This document shows positions 1 to 21,487 of a DNA stretch of 64,000 nt, in pieces. Source of the stretch: Amoebidium appalachense (lineage: Eukaryota > Protista > Ichthyosporea); NCBI GenBank assembly GCA_963693365.1, contig CAVNZM010000012.1, forward strand, positions 8,684,001-8,748,000, read 5' to 3'. Position 1 is the stretch's first letter, and every line of letters begins with the position of its first letter. The notes beneath the pieces were generated by a model. It was given only the letters and a program-made list of their open reading frames with translations, was not told the DNA's origin and ran no database searches. A program made the position numbers and the translations under genes.

Positions 1-2
1 AG

Positions 3-783
3 CTAGTAATAGGGATAGAGAGCCTTGCGGACGAGCAGCTGGCTGCTGCACATTCAAACATAACATGTTTAGGGGAGTGGAACTGTTCAAGTTGGGCTGG
101 TTGAAGGGGAAGGGAGAGAGCGGGGGGAGGGGGGAGGAGGAGGGGGGGGGGGGGTTGCTGGGGGTCCCGAGATCTCAAGAGGAGATGCACAGTGTTGAAG
201 TCTATGTATTGCATGTTACCGCTTACGGGTTTCATCGGAGCACAGGCGTGTTTGTGTGCGTACAGTGCAAGGCGGGAAAGCTGACGGTGCCGGTGTAAGG
301 AAAAGGGAGAGGCTGGTAATAGAAAAGACTCCAAGAAATCACAGTGCTGGAAAAGTACATGCTCTTAGGGGACGTAAGGATTCCGCAGGGATGAAGGGGG
401 GGGGGGGGGGGGGGGTACAGGAAAGCAGGCTGTGCAGCCCCAGCCTCCTTGGCCACTATTGTGGTCTCCTGCGTTTTCAGCAAAGGCGTTTCTGTCCTCC
501 TTTCTATTTTCCGTTGATCATGAACATAAAGCCTACGGCTTGTGTCAAGAAACGAACCAAGCTCGTTTTGCTTTAGCCCTCCACCCAAGTTGCCAAAACC
601 GTGAGGGGAAAAAAATAAAATAAAAAAAAGTTTAGCAAGGTTATCCAAGCATTCAGCCTGTGTAGTTTTAAGTTAGCCAAACCTGGCACTGCGATACGGT
701 GACGAAAGTTTGACCCGTGAGAAGGTACAAGCTGTGTAGCTGTGCCTTTGTCGTGCTCGAGATCTCTGGGCAAACACAAACTA

Positions 784-842
<59 letters not shown>

Positions 843-913
843 TCCCCCCACCCGGCTTGTTTTGTTACATCCTTAGGCTTCACATACAGAAAATGCAGGA
901 GCAAAGCACGTAA
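3..913 (-). CDS. Possible micro-exon gene of unknown function (fragments only)
   Basis: Short AG/GT-bounded open segments on the minus strand: 869-913 LRALLLHFLYVKPKD, ~230-283 LSRLALYAHKHACAPMKP, ~417-466 ETTIVAKEAGAAQPAF, and a terminal SQLLVRKALYPYY* ending at 3. Phases not fully reconciled and no family recognised. Confidence 0.3.
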
Positions 914-1696
914 CTTAGACCGTTAACAAAAAGATGGGGAACGGTAGGGGTAATGATCATGATATCCTGCCAGTACCACGCGCGTATATCGTATGTAGGG
1001 CCGCCGCGCGCTGTGAATGATCCGCCGCCAAAACTCCTTCGTCCGCCAAAAGTCGGTGACGTCACAATTCGCAGATGTCAATATGCATTCATGCACTATA
1101 CAATGGGTCACGTGCAGCCTTGCAACACGTGCACTCCAGAAGTCCAAATTGGTCGCGCGCGCCAGGCTGTGAAAAAAAAATAAAAAAAAATAAAAATTAC
1201 AGGGTCACGGCCAGAAATTTTTTTATTTTTTTCTTTTGACTGGATTTATTCGACGGAAAGATATGCAAGTATGCACGGCATACGGAGAAGACAATAAAAA
1301 CTTCACGAGTTATCCAGTAACAAGTGCATACTGAGATACCTGAACACTGTGTGAAAATCATATAAATACTCAATGTGACGACCAACAGAATTTAACAAGA
1401 AGTCTAAAGCCAATTTAAATGGCCCCGTTGTGGAAAAAGGCCGAGTTGGCCGGGGGGCCCCCTACGTGTTCACATTGCCAGCTAGTGTAGCAGACACCCG
1501 TAGGGAAAGAGGTAAAACGCCAGAAAATTGCCCCTGAAAGTCCGAAAATTGTCCCTAACTTTTTGAGGTTAGGTCCATCAATTATCCAAAAATTGGCCCT
1601 AACAGAGCCAAATATATAAGAAAACATACCTAAAAACGGTTGTTGGCTCTGTTAGGGCCATCCAGGCTGGTGGAAAGTTACCAAAATGGCTCACAC

Positions 1697-1798
1697 GTAC
1701 TGACGGTGTGCACGCGCTGCGATGAACTTTACGTTCGCTGCAGACGGGTACTGACGGTGTGCACGCGCTGCGATGAACTTTACGTTCGCTGCAGACGG
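1697..1798 (+). repeat. Two identical tandem 51-bp units in the LINE 5' leader
   Basis: GTACTGACGGTGTGCACGCGCTGCGATGAACTTTACGTTCGCTGCAGACGG starts at 1697 and again at 1748. Confidence 0.97.
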
Positions 1799-1908
1799 GC
1801 CTTACACTCTCGCGACCGCGTGCATGCTTTCTGTCGCGGCGCCTCGACGGTTCGATAGAGTCCAGTGCTCGCTGAATGTGTAAGGAAAAATAAGGAGCCA
1901 TCTCAGTA
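1749..1908 (+). ncRNA. Candidate structured RNA module, 5' copy (ends 13 nt before the ORF1 ATG)
   Basis: Closing stem TACTGA(C)GGTG/CATCTCAGTA; inner stems CCTTACAC/GTGTAAGG, ACTCT/AGAGT, GACCG/CGGTT, GAAC/GTTC, CAGT/GCTG. Homologous to 6446-6611. Confidence 0.55.
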
Positions 1909-1921
1909 GGTGGCAGCCAAA

Positions 1922-2735
1922 ATGGCACTGGCCAAAAGCAACTTTCACACCCTGGCGCGCGCTCATCCCACCCCAACACAAAACAACACAGGACCGGAAG
2001 CACAGCTCCCGGCAGAGTTCCTAGAATATGCGAACTCTCGTAAAACACCCGAGCTCCGCCAAATTGCCAAGGAAACATATGCCAGCATTCTTGCAGGCAA
2101 CGAGTACCGCCGCAACTCCCCTCCCAAACCGCCGGCTAAGGGGAACACCCAAGCAAACGGTAACATCAACATCCCACGCAAATACGAGAGGGTGTATTTC
2201 AAAGTCAAGCACGGCAGACGCCCACACAGGGCCATGTGGTCCATCTTCAAGGCTCTCGGCTTCCGGTGCTCTCGCATCCTTTGTCTGTCCTTCATTGGAT
2301 ACGATGTGCTGGAAGTAGCAGTACGGGGCGACTATACTAAGTAACCGTGCGTTCATCCGTGACGCGACAAAGGGGTGTGGAAGCTTCTTCACCCACCTCC
2401 CAAGCTACGACCCATGCGCGCCGGAAAACATTCAGAAAGCAGACAAAGAACGTAAAGTGTCTGCTAAGAATGCGTGCGCCACACGTTGTCGTGTACGCAT
2501 CAGCAAGGCAAAAGAGTTCCTCGCAAAGTTGGAAAACGATGCTACGAGCGTGATAGACACGGACACGAAGGAACCAATGTTTTCTGGTGAGAAACTGCTC
2601 GAGCGCAAACGCCGATGCGAGATGGAAATCGAGCTCTTCTGCGAACTGTTCGCGCTGGCGGAAGGTCGTGCATACGACCCCGTAAGCGACAAGTGGGAAC
2701 CAACCCCACAGGTGTCGGACCAAACCGATGCCTAA
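1922..2735 (+). CDS. LINE ORF1 (putative nucleic-acid-binding protein), split by a +1 frame change near 2335-2344
   Basis: ATG 1922 reads to TAA 2342-2344 (...VLEVAVRGDYTK*). The +1 frame is open from 2319 to 2735 (NRAFIRDATKGCGSFFTHLPSYDPCAPENIQ...QTDA*), and its stop overlaps the ORF2 start (GATGCCTAA). Confidence 0.75.
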
Positions 2736-5700
2736 TTTATCCTTCTTCTTCTGGAATGCTCGGACACTGGGCCCCCAAAAGGGCCTCCCCCCCGGGACAC
2801 TCGACGATAAAATCAGCTACATACAACAACAGACAAACAACCACACGTTTACAGTGATTTGCGAAACACAGTTTAAAAACCACCACAAATTCAACTCTAC
2901 ATTGGTCGACACATCCACACACCCCGGTTACGCGAAAAACCGAGGCATTATTGTACTTGCCGCACCACACGTGAGAGTGAAGTGCAAACCGGTAGCAAAA
3001 ACGGAATTCTCGGTTTCTATAGAGTTTCTTTCTAATGTTTTTACTTTTGTATATTACCCACCATCTATGTCGGTTGTCGAATTGACTCACGAGTTGTCAC
3101 AGTTACCAATGTCCACTGTTATTTTAGGTGATTTTAACACGCGACTCCACCACACAGACACACTGCAAGTGAGTGTCGGGTACCCATCTAAGCCCCCGGA
3201 GCGTGCTATCCCTTTAGCAAGGTATGTCCAAAGTCACACTTTGCGGTTCCCTCAAATATCCCATGCCCACAACACCGACTGGGGAGTGGCCTTTTGGCCA
3301 TCAACCATGTCAAAACTCTCTCTCCCTCCTAACCTCTCTAGGTCATCTGACCACTCTCCTATCCTTTTCCTACCTAAGATCTCCCTTGATCTGCTCCCCC
3401 CTCCCCCTCCCACCTTTCGCCTCCGTCTATCCCAGCTTAAGTCACAGTGGGGTAGAGTTGATGTATGTGTATGCTATGCTACGAAACACCCTATATATAT
3501 GCGCCTATTAGAATCTGCACAAGCCAGGCCAGATTCACATCTCGTACTAGATACATGCACTAACTTTATTGTTGATGATTTGATAGATCTCGGTGATTAT
3601 GCTGGCGGTGGTAGGAAGGAATATCCCGATGCTCTCTTGTTACCAAACACCACTCCCGCTAGACTAGGTGAACCCCTGTCTCAAAAGGAAAGCTTGCGCC
3701 GGCTTGCTAGTATGAATCGATTTGGCCCCCCTGCTCGTATTATTGGTGATACCACTGGAGACCCCCTCATAGACTCTGATAAGTATTTCTCGGAACTGTT
3801 TAAAGATAGGACCCCCGCTCAGAAACCTATTGTGTGGCCTGTAGACCCATCTATCCCCATAGAATCGATCCTCCCCTTTTTCAGTCCCGATGCCATATGG
3901 TCTGTGATATCTAGTTATAGCTCTAGTAAGTCTTGTGGACCTGATGGACTCCCTGCTGGGTTTCTTAAAATCCTTGTTCCCTCCTACCCACAAAAGGAAA
4001 GTGATCGTGCTATTAAACCTGATCTTACTATCATGTTAAGCTCTCTCTTTTCTTGGTGTGTTAAATGTGGACATGTCCCGTCATCTTGGTTAGATACCTT
4101 AGTGATCCCCATAGTTAAGAAGGACTCTGAGGGCCCCATATCATCCTTTTGCCCCATTACACTAACCCAGGTTGTTCGTAGATTCTTTGAAGCTTGCTTA
4201 CTTAGGTTATTTGCACATCACCCTAGGTTTCAATCTATTCTTCACATACACCCATGCCAATCCGCTTTTCGTAAAAACAATTCATGTTATGTTCAAATAA
4301 TGGCACTGCACGATTCTATGCAAGTTGGTGCACAATATGTTGGCTTTATTGATTGGAAAACTGCTTACGATTCTGTCTCCCCTGGTCTCCTATGGGAAAA
4401 GCTTGCTGCACGGGGTGTACCACACTGCATTGGTGTTCTGTTAGAAGCACTCTTGTCTCAAACCTATGGTAGAGCTGTGGTTAATGGGCATCTTTCATAT
4501 GGTTTTGCTCGTACTAGAGGTCTCTTGCAGGGTTCATTGCTTAGCCCCTTTTTGTTTAACCTATTTATAGATGATTTGGCTGTCAAGATTTACGCCGAAA
4601 ACGATGACCCTATTAATAACTTTCCGCCTGCACTTCTCTATGCTGATGATCTGTCCCTCCTTGCCCGTACCCCTAGACGCCTGCAAAGATTGTTCGATGT
4701 AGTGTCAGAGTGGTGCAAGGCAAACCTTATGATCCTTAACATAGACAAATGTGGTGTTCTTGTACCTGATATAGCTAACAATTTACACACATTTACATTA
4801 TCATCTAAACCTGTACCTATAGTTCCAGAATACAAATATCTTGGTGTTCCGGTTGATTCTGTTGGTGTTATGTTTCCCCATATGGTCGAAAAGAGGGTAG
4901 AGTTGGCTCGTAAGCGGTTAGCTTTCTTCTCGGCTAATATTTTTAAAGACACACCCCTCCATCCTTCTATTAGACTTACATTTATTCGCACTTTTGTCTT
5001 CCCGGCATGTGAATATGGTTTACCCCTTCTCGCCGCTTGGATCAAGAAAGAGAGAACTAGAGCGCTTAAACCCTTGGCAAATTTCCTTGAAGCAGAAGTT
5101 GCCTCCTTTCTATCTAACAACTGTTGTAAACCTGGGCCTGTAACGCTCTCGATATATGGTCTGGTCCCAATAGCTGCTAGAGTATCCTATCTCGCGCTGA
5201 AATTCAATAAGCACATAAGCCGCTTAAAGAAGTATTTGCCCTCCCACCCTCTCTTCTCTATCCGACCTGTCCCCTCCTCACCTCTCCCCTCTTTCCTCCC
5301 CTCTCTCTCCCCTTCTCCCCTGGGCACAAATACAAATAAACCCCGCAATAGTGTGTGTGTGACTTTGGACTGCCACTTACTTATTAAACATGTACACAAT
5401 CACAAGATAATCACGCAATATAACAAATGGAAAAAGATACCACACGACACTAGACCCGATGAAAGCATACACCTTGAAAAACTAAGCCTTATGTCTCGTT
5501 TTATATATACTGACCGCCTCAACCATATTGCCAAATATGGCACTCGCAAGTGTATAACACCTAAATACATATTACCTTCCTGTAGAACTGGTCTTTCTCT
5601 AGCTGATGGTATTATTGATCAATTACCACGCTTTTACTGTACACGTGCTATACAGTGGAGATCTAATAAGTATAAGGTGGCATCATTTGCATGCCCAAAC

Positions 5701-5922
5701 AACACACACACACACCAGTTTAACCGGTCATGTATCGCCAAATGTAGTTTGATAGACCACATAATACCGCAACACACACACGTCACATTCACAACAGACA
5801 CCCAGAAAGATAGCCTACCTGTAAATTACAACATCCTTGATTTTATACTAAACACGCGTAACTACGACCTGTTTATTAGATGTATTGATTGGCTTGAGAA
5901 ACACATCACTACAAAATTATAG
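2728..5922 (+). CDS. LINE ORF2: apurinic-like endonuclease + reverse transcriptase (1064 aa)
   Basis: APE motifs FWNARTL, ICETQ, YYPP, ILGDFN, SDHSPI. RT motifs GPDG, QSAFRK, FIDWKTAYDSV, GLLQGSLLSPFLF, YADD, YKYLGV. Cys/His-containing C-terminus. Frame uninterrupted. Confidence 0.97.
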   Translation: MPNLSFFFWNARTLGPQKGLPPGTLDDKISYIQQQTNNHTFTVICETQFKNHHKFNSTLVDTSTHPGYAKNRGIIVLAAPHVRVKCKPVAKTEFSVSIEFLSNVFTFVYYPPSMSVVELTHELSQLPMSTVILGDFNTRLHHTDTLQVSVGYPSKPPERAIPLARYVQSHTLRFPQISHAHNTDWGVAFWPSTMSKLSLPPNLSRSSDHSPILFLPKISLDLLPPPPPTFRLRLSQLKSQWGRVDVCVCYATKHPIYMRLLESAQARPDSHLVLDTCTNFIVDDLIDLGDYAGGGRKEYPDALLLPNTTPARLGEPLSQKESLRRLASMNRFGPPARIIGDTTGDPLIDSDKYFSELFKDRTPAQKPIVWPVDPSIPIESILPFFSPDAIWSVISSYSSSKSCGPDGLPAGFLKILVPSYPQKESDRAIKPDLTIMLSSLFSWCVKCGHVPSSWLDTLVIPIVKKDSEGPISSFCPITLTQVVRRFFEACLLRLFAHHPRFQSILHIHPCQSAFRKNNSCYVQIMALHDSMQVGAQYVGFIDWKTAYDSVSPGLLWEKLAARGVPHCIGVLLEALLSQTYGRAVVNGHLSYGFARTRGLLQGSLLSPFLFNLFIDDLAVKIYAENDDPINNFPPALLYADDLSLLARTPRRLQRLFDVVSEWCKANLMILNIDKCGVLVPDIANNLHTFTLSSKPVPIVPEYKYLGVPVDSVGVMFPHMVEKRVELARKRLAFFSANIFKDTPLHPSIRLTFIRTFVFPACEYGLPLLAAWIKKERTRALKPLANFLEAEVASFLSNNCCKPGPVTLSIYGLVPIAARVSYLALKFNKHISRLKKYLPSHPLFSIRPVPSSPLPSFLPSLSPSPLGTNTNKPRNSVCVTLDCHLLIKHVHNHKIITQYNKWKKIPHDTRPDESIHLEKLSLMSRFIYTDRLNHIAKYGTRKCITPKYILPSCRTGLSLADGIIDQLPRFYCTRAIQWRSNKYKVASFACPNNTHTHQFNRSCIAKCSLIDHIIPQHTHVTFTTDTQKDSLPVNYNILDFILNTRNYDLFIRCIDWLEKHITTKL

Positions 5923-5928
5923 CGCACG

Positions 5929-5943
5929 CGCACACACACACAC

Positions 5944-5994
<51 letters not shown>

Positions 5995-6026
5995 CCAGCT
6001 GATACCGAGTGTCCCGAGGGGAGCCC

Positions 6027-6075
<49 letters not shown>
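5929..6075 (+). repeat. (CA)n microsatellite followed by a poly(A)45 tract (possible LINE tail)
   Basis: (CA)n ~5929-5993. A run 6031-6075 flanked by small inverted repeats GGGGAGCCCC and GGGGAACCCC. Confidence 0.85.
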
Positions 6076-6076
<1 letters not shown>

Positions 6077-6445
6077 GGGGAACCCCAACTAATTGATTTC
6101 TCCTTGTAGTCTTTATGGTGTCTCGTAGAGAAAGTAAACCCTGATATATAGTCACCACCCGACATCTATGTACGTGATCATGATATACCGCTGAGGGGAT
6201 ATTCCGAGCAAAACCCCCCCCCCCCATACCTGAGACTGGTTCTCTTTGCCTCGAGTAAACAGCGTAAACCCCCATCTGAGCTTCCCGAGCCTTCTACTGA
6301 CCTCGAGGCTCCGGTTCCGGAAGATTCGGGCATGGCCATTGGCCATGGGCGTGTGCGTGTCCCTGGACTTCCTGCGCATGCGTGCCCGTGAACAATGACC
6401 GTGAACAATGAACATTGTGTCTTTGTACGTGTGCATGCTGGCACG

Positions 6446-6611
6446 TACTGACGGTGCCTGGGCTGCTATGAACTTGCCGTTCGCCTCACACCCTCTATTT
6501 TTCCTTACACTCTCGCGACCGCGTGCATGCTTTCTCTCGCGGCGGCTCTACGGTCCCGAGAGTCCAGTGTTCGCTGTGTGTGTAAGCTGTTGAATACGAG
6601 TCACCTCAGTA
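6446..6611 (+). ncRNA. Candidate structured RNA module, 3' copy
   Basis: Shares a 33-nt identical block (CCTTACACTCTCGCGACCGCGTGCATGCTTTCT) and all stems with 1749-1908. Closing stem TACTGA(C)GGTG/CACCTCAGTA. Confidence 0.55.
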
Positions 6612-8268
6612 GGCACGGCCATCTAGAAACACCCGTGCTCAGATTGTAGGTGACAGGTGTGTATGATCAGACATCTGACTTGCGACGCTGAGAGGCAAAG
6701 ATTATAAAGCTTTTGTATCACGTTTGGCGGCACGTGCATGTGTTGTTTGAACAGCAAAATATGAGTTCAAGTCTCAGCATAGCTTACATTTGCATGTGCA
6801 GGCAAACTTCTTGCATAAAAAAAAAAACCACCAAAACAGGGTAGTATAGCGTTTGTCGCTTGCATTATACAAAGCACGTCTCACGAGTCACGCACGACTC
6901 AGGTGGCTGACGTCAGGTGCGCGAGGCCTAGAAGATCTCTGTAAACAATGGAGACGCCTTTTCACGAATGCTCATTGATTGCCGAGTCCCGACGGTAGCT
7001 ACTAGGTGAACGCATAATAAAACAGAAATGGACCAAAATATGACTTATAAAAATGGATATATTGCTTTTTATTTGAGCACCTATGAAACCATAATCACAT
7101 AATAGCATGATGGCACGGCCCCGGAGCTGGCCCCTGGCTGGCTTATCGATCTAGGGGAAATTCGAAAGATAAGCGATGTCGTCAAGCTTAGCCAACACAC
7201 TTGAGCTGTTTTTGGATCCCCCAAACTCATATGTGTGGGGCGAGTCGTATGTATGTAACAGAGGAGTTACAATTTTCCAGTTTCGGGATTTTGGCCAAGT
7301 AAAATCCCGTTACAGACATAGGACTGCAACTTGCCTTACATATAGTAAGAATCGAAAAATTTAAAATTTGAAAGGAGATGGGACTCCATTTTTCGTATCT
7401 ACTAGTTACACACTGCTACACACATACGAAAACGGGGTCTCAAATTCCCGGGAGCGAAGGTACGGACTTGTTGATGACATGTGTATACGCAAGTCTTATT
7501 CCTCAGTCAAGTTAGCGCACTTATGGAGTCTATGGAGAGCGGCTGATGACGACTAGTACTGTCGGTCGCGAGTTTCATGCATACGGAAATTCGTAGATTA
7601 TAAGTAGGTGATAAGTCATGGTCCACAAAACTAAAATATTAGTATGCAAAACTCTTCCCGTTAAGAAAAGTGTATAAACCTATATTGCTATATTATTCGG
7701 TCCAGTAAATTCCCCCTTATGCAATATGTAGTACACGAGCCAAGATTTGAATGTGCATATTATGATTGGCTGCCGTCCGAAACTAAGTTTTTTTAACCAA
7801 TCAGATGCATGCCGTTTTCTTGCATTTCTACCAATCGCGTGCGCTCTACAAATCTATGTGTCATAATGTGTCTACTGGCTGTGAGCGCGGCAAAAGATGA
7901 AGAAAGTCACTGTGACATCACCGGGCTGAGGGCTGAAGGGTTGATTTCGTCGACAGACCCCAAGGTTCTGAGATCGCGTTTACAACCATTAGTGATATAT
8001 TAGCCTATGTACTTAACGCCATATTTGTATTTATATATGTCATATGTCCAGTAATACGCATTCTACTACACATTCTGAACATCCTTGAACTGATTACAGG
8101 TCACGCACTCGCTGGTGAGCCCGCTTTTGCCCCCCCTCCATTACGTAAAGCCCTGCCATAAAGTAAGTGTCCGCGACTTTCATAACAACACTTTTTTCTG
8201 AGCACGACATCGGTGATTCAGAACGCAAAACATGAAGAACAGAACAGACAAAAAAGAAAAAGAAGAAA

Positions 8269-9015
8269 ATGTATTACAGTGGGGAATACGAGTTGACCTC
8301 GAGTCAGTGCGACCTCATTGTTAAAACATGGGAGAAGCTTTCGTCAGAAACACACAGCGTAAATGGAACAAACGATGAACCAGGCAACCCCACACGGAGC
8401 CCCTTTTGGGTCGAGTTTTTTGACCTGTTTTACACCGAGTTGTTTTCACGCGCGCCACAGGCTAAGTGCTCTTTCTCCCCCAACACGGCGATGCATCTAC
8501 AGGCACAATGCCTCGTGTGCCTCATGTCTCATCTGGTGAAGAAATGCGACGATCTACGCACGGGAGCATCTCGGGACGAGCTTCGCGCGCTGGGCAAAAC
8601 ACACGCTCACATCCTCAACACGGAGATGTATTTCGTGCTTGCACAAACTATCATCTCGTCAATAAGCTGCGCCCCGAGTAAACAAGGGGAGTTATTCACC
8701 GCACAAACGCGCGCGGCGTGGGTGGCGGCGGTGGCGGCGCTCATTGAGTACATGAGCCACGGGAAGGTCAGGAGACAGAGCGTGCATTTCATTCTGATGG
8801 GGGCTACACATTCAGCAGATGACATCACCGCAGGGCTAGTTAGCCCTGTTGCTAAGCGTGGGTTTGTGGCACGCGCACGTATGTTCTTCAGGCCTAAGAG
8901 AGTGGAAGAGGGGGTGAATGTTCTGAGAACGGCAAGTTTGGATCGTTTCGATACCGAGGAAAACTGCTTTTCTGCGAATGCCTCACGCGATTTGGGTCGC
9001 AGGCGCACTTTGTAA
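8269..9015 (+). CDS. Single-exon globin (3/3 fold) with a ~80-aa C-terminal extension
   Basis: A-helix LTSSQCDLIVKTW, B10 Tyr (LFYTELF), C2 Pro and CD1 Phe (APQAKCSF), E7 Gln (HLQA), proximal F8 His (LRALGKTH), H-helix FTAQTRAAW. Confidence 0.9.
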   Translation: MYYSGEYELTSSQCDLIVKTWEKLSSETHSVNGTNDEPGNPTRSPFWVEFFDLFYTELFSRAPQAKCSFSPNTAMHLQAQCLVCLMSHLVKKCDDLRTGASRDELRALGKTHAHILNTEMYFVLAQTIISSISCAPSKQGELFTAQTRAAWVAAVAALIEYMSHGKVRRQSVHFILMGATHSADDITAGLVSPVAKRGFVARARMFFRPKRVEEGVNVLRTASLDRFDTEENCFSANASRDLGRRRTL

Positions 9016-9794
9016 GGCACAAAAGATGTTGTGCGTATATAGTGGTTCTTCTTGATATAGTTTATAGTTTATAGCTCTCGGTACCCACTTTAAAACTCTA
9101 AAATTTCAGCAGCGCATGAATGAATGACTTTCCGTATGTTTTCCGAATGTAACTATGAGCCGGGAGGCACCCGGACACCTGTAACTATAGTATGTAACCT
9201 ACACCAAAGGTGTGTACTGAGCGCTGAACTGGCTTCGCGCTGTACAATATAATCACACATAGACAAAACTGTTATTTACCTTTCATTCCGGAGATCCCGC
9301 TTCAAATGGCCAGAATAACAATTGCTGCTGACCCCTCCCCCCCCCCTCTCCCTCCTTTACCGTGACCCCACGTACCCCCACCCCTTGCTTTCCCTTTTAC
9401 GGCCTAGGCACTGCTTTCCTTTTGCGGCCTAGGCATTTGTGCAAGGCAGGCGACCACCCACAAAGCAAGCCCGACATTTTGTTTCCCTTTTAACTTTTTT
9501 TTTTGCCCTTTCTTTCCTTTTTTTTTTAATTCCCGCACGTGGGGGGGGGGGGGGGGGGTCTTGCAATGATCCCGACAGGGAAGGTGGTCTGGGTTGGGTT
9601 GACGTTGTGTGTGTGTGGGGGGGGAGGAGGGAGGGGGGGGGCAAACTTCCGTCCAAATCCCCCATAAAATTACATCTTACACTTCACCAGGCAAAGCGTT
9701 TGACAGAAAGCAGATTGATAAGGTAAGCGCAAAAAGCAACGTAGCTGCCCCACAAGCCAACATCAGTATCTGACGATGCAGCCAAAGTGCTCAC

Positions 9795-9923
9795 TTGTAA
9801 CATTCTTTTTTCACAGTGTTCATTTAATTCAGATACCAGCCAATGGTTTATCTCTTGAATCATTCTTTTGGCGCAGTCACGTGTGATAAATTCATGCTTG
9901 CAATCTGAAAGTTGTTTCCCCAT
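9795..9923 (-). other. Isolated exon-like segment (gene or transposon fragment)
   Basis: ttttag|MGKQLSDCKHEFITRDCAKRMIQEINHWLVSELNEHCEKRMLQ|gtgagc. No family recognised. Confidence 0.25.
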
Positions 9924-10063
9924 CTAAAAACAGCAAAGCTATGTCGTTGTATTTCTGTTATATCTTCTCATCAAACATTAAATTGAAGTAGATAACCGAA
10001 TATTCCTCCTGCCCTCTCAGTGCAAAAAAGAAAAGGGGAAAGGAAGCGAAGCCTTATGGACTT

Positions 10064-20803
<10,740 letters not shown>

Positions 20804-21273
20804 TCTTCGAGATGGTTCTAATCACGTGTTTTGTGGAAGTGTGGATGTGTGCATGTCTCAGTTCTTTTACTCTGTGTGTTGTACATGTGTGTGTGTGCGG
20901 CCCGCCGTCAGCACGTGTATGCTCTTTCAATCGCGGATCGGTTCTGATTGGCTAAGGATCAGGTACCAAGCACACCGTGGAAATGTGCGAGCTCACTCTA
21001 TGGTGCTTTCTCTTTTTCTGCTATTTTCACGAAATCTTTATAAACTTCTTTTTTTATTATATAATTTAATTTTTGAACTGTGTTCTGCTACATCACGATT
21101 CTGTCTGACACGATTTTTGCCGTATGCCCAAGCCGTGCAGTACAGGAATACATGTTATGCAATCCTATGCGGTGAAATACCTCTATTCCTATTCTGATTT
21201 CTGATTGGTTATCCCAGATCTATTCAAAAGGAACGTCACGTTTCCACCGTGATGATCACAACGCAGCGAGAGG

Positions 21274-21307
<34 letters not shown>

Positions 21308-21487
21308 GAAAAGAAAAGAAAAGAAAAGAAAAGAAAAGAAAAATGTCGGGGATAACAAATGAATAGAATAGATAGAGACTATAATGTTACAATTGTCCTT
21401 TCCGATGCTGTTTGCTGGATATCAAAACTGAGCGTTTTTGTGCCTGACGCTTACACTTCACATGAAAAATGAAAACCACCCAAGTCA

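Larger units (their letters stand above)
1691..6075 (+). mobile_element. Non-LTR retrotransposon (LINE; ORF1 + APE endonuclease/RT ORF2), near full length
   Basis: Two overlapping ORFs, intact APE and RT motifs, tandem 51-bp units in the 5' leader, (CA)n and a 45-nt A run after the ORF2 stop. Exact ends are uncertain: no TSD found, and the 3' UTR may extend to ~6620. Confidence 0.93.

Noticed and set aside
1421-1506. GC-rich hairpins upstream of the LINE as an HDV-like ribozyme
   Set aside because: Stems exist (GGCCCC/GGGGCC, CCCTACG/CGTAGGG), but the nested P1.1/P2 pseudoknots and the catalytic-C strand could not be placed.
1854-1875. GATAGAGTCCA plus hairpin resembling a group I intron S element/P9
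   Set aside because: The would-be P7 partner is CACTCT, lacking the G-C guanosine-binding pair, and no P3/P4/P6 core could be built.
955-6188. TGATCATGATAT at ~955 and ~6176 as a LINE target-site duplication
   Set aside because: Neither copy is adjacent to the poly(A) or the likely 5' end; probably chance.
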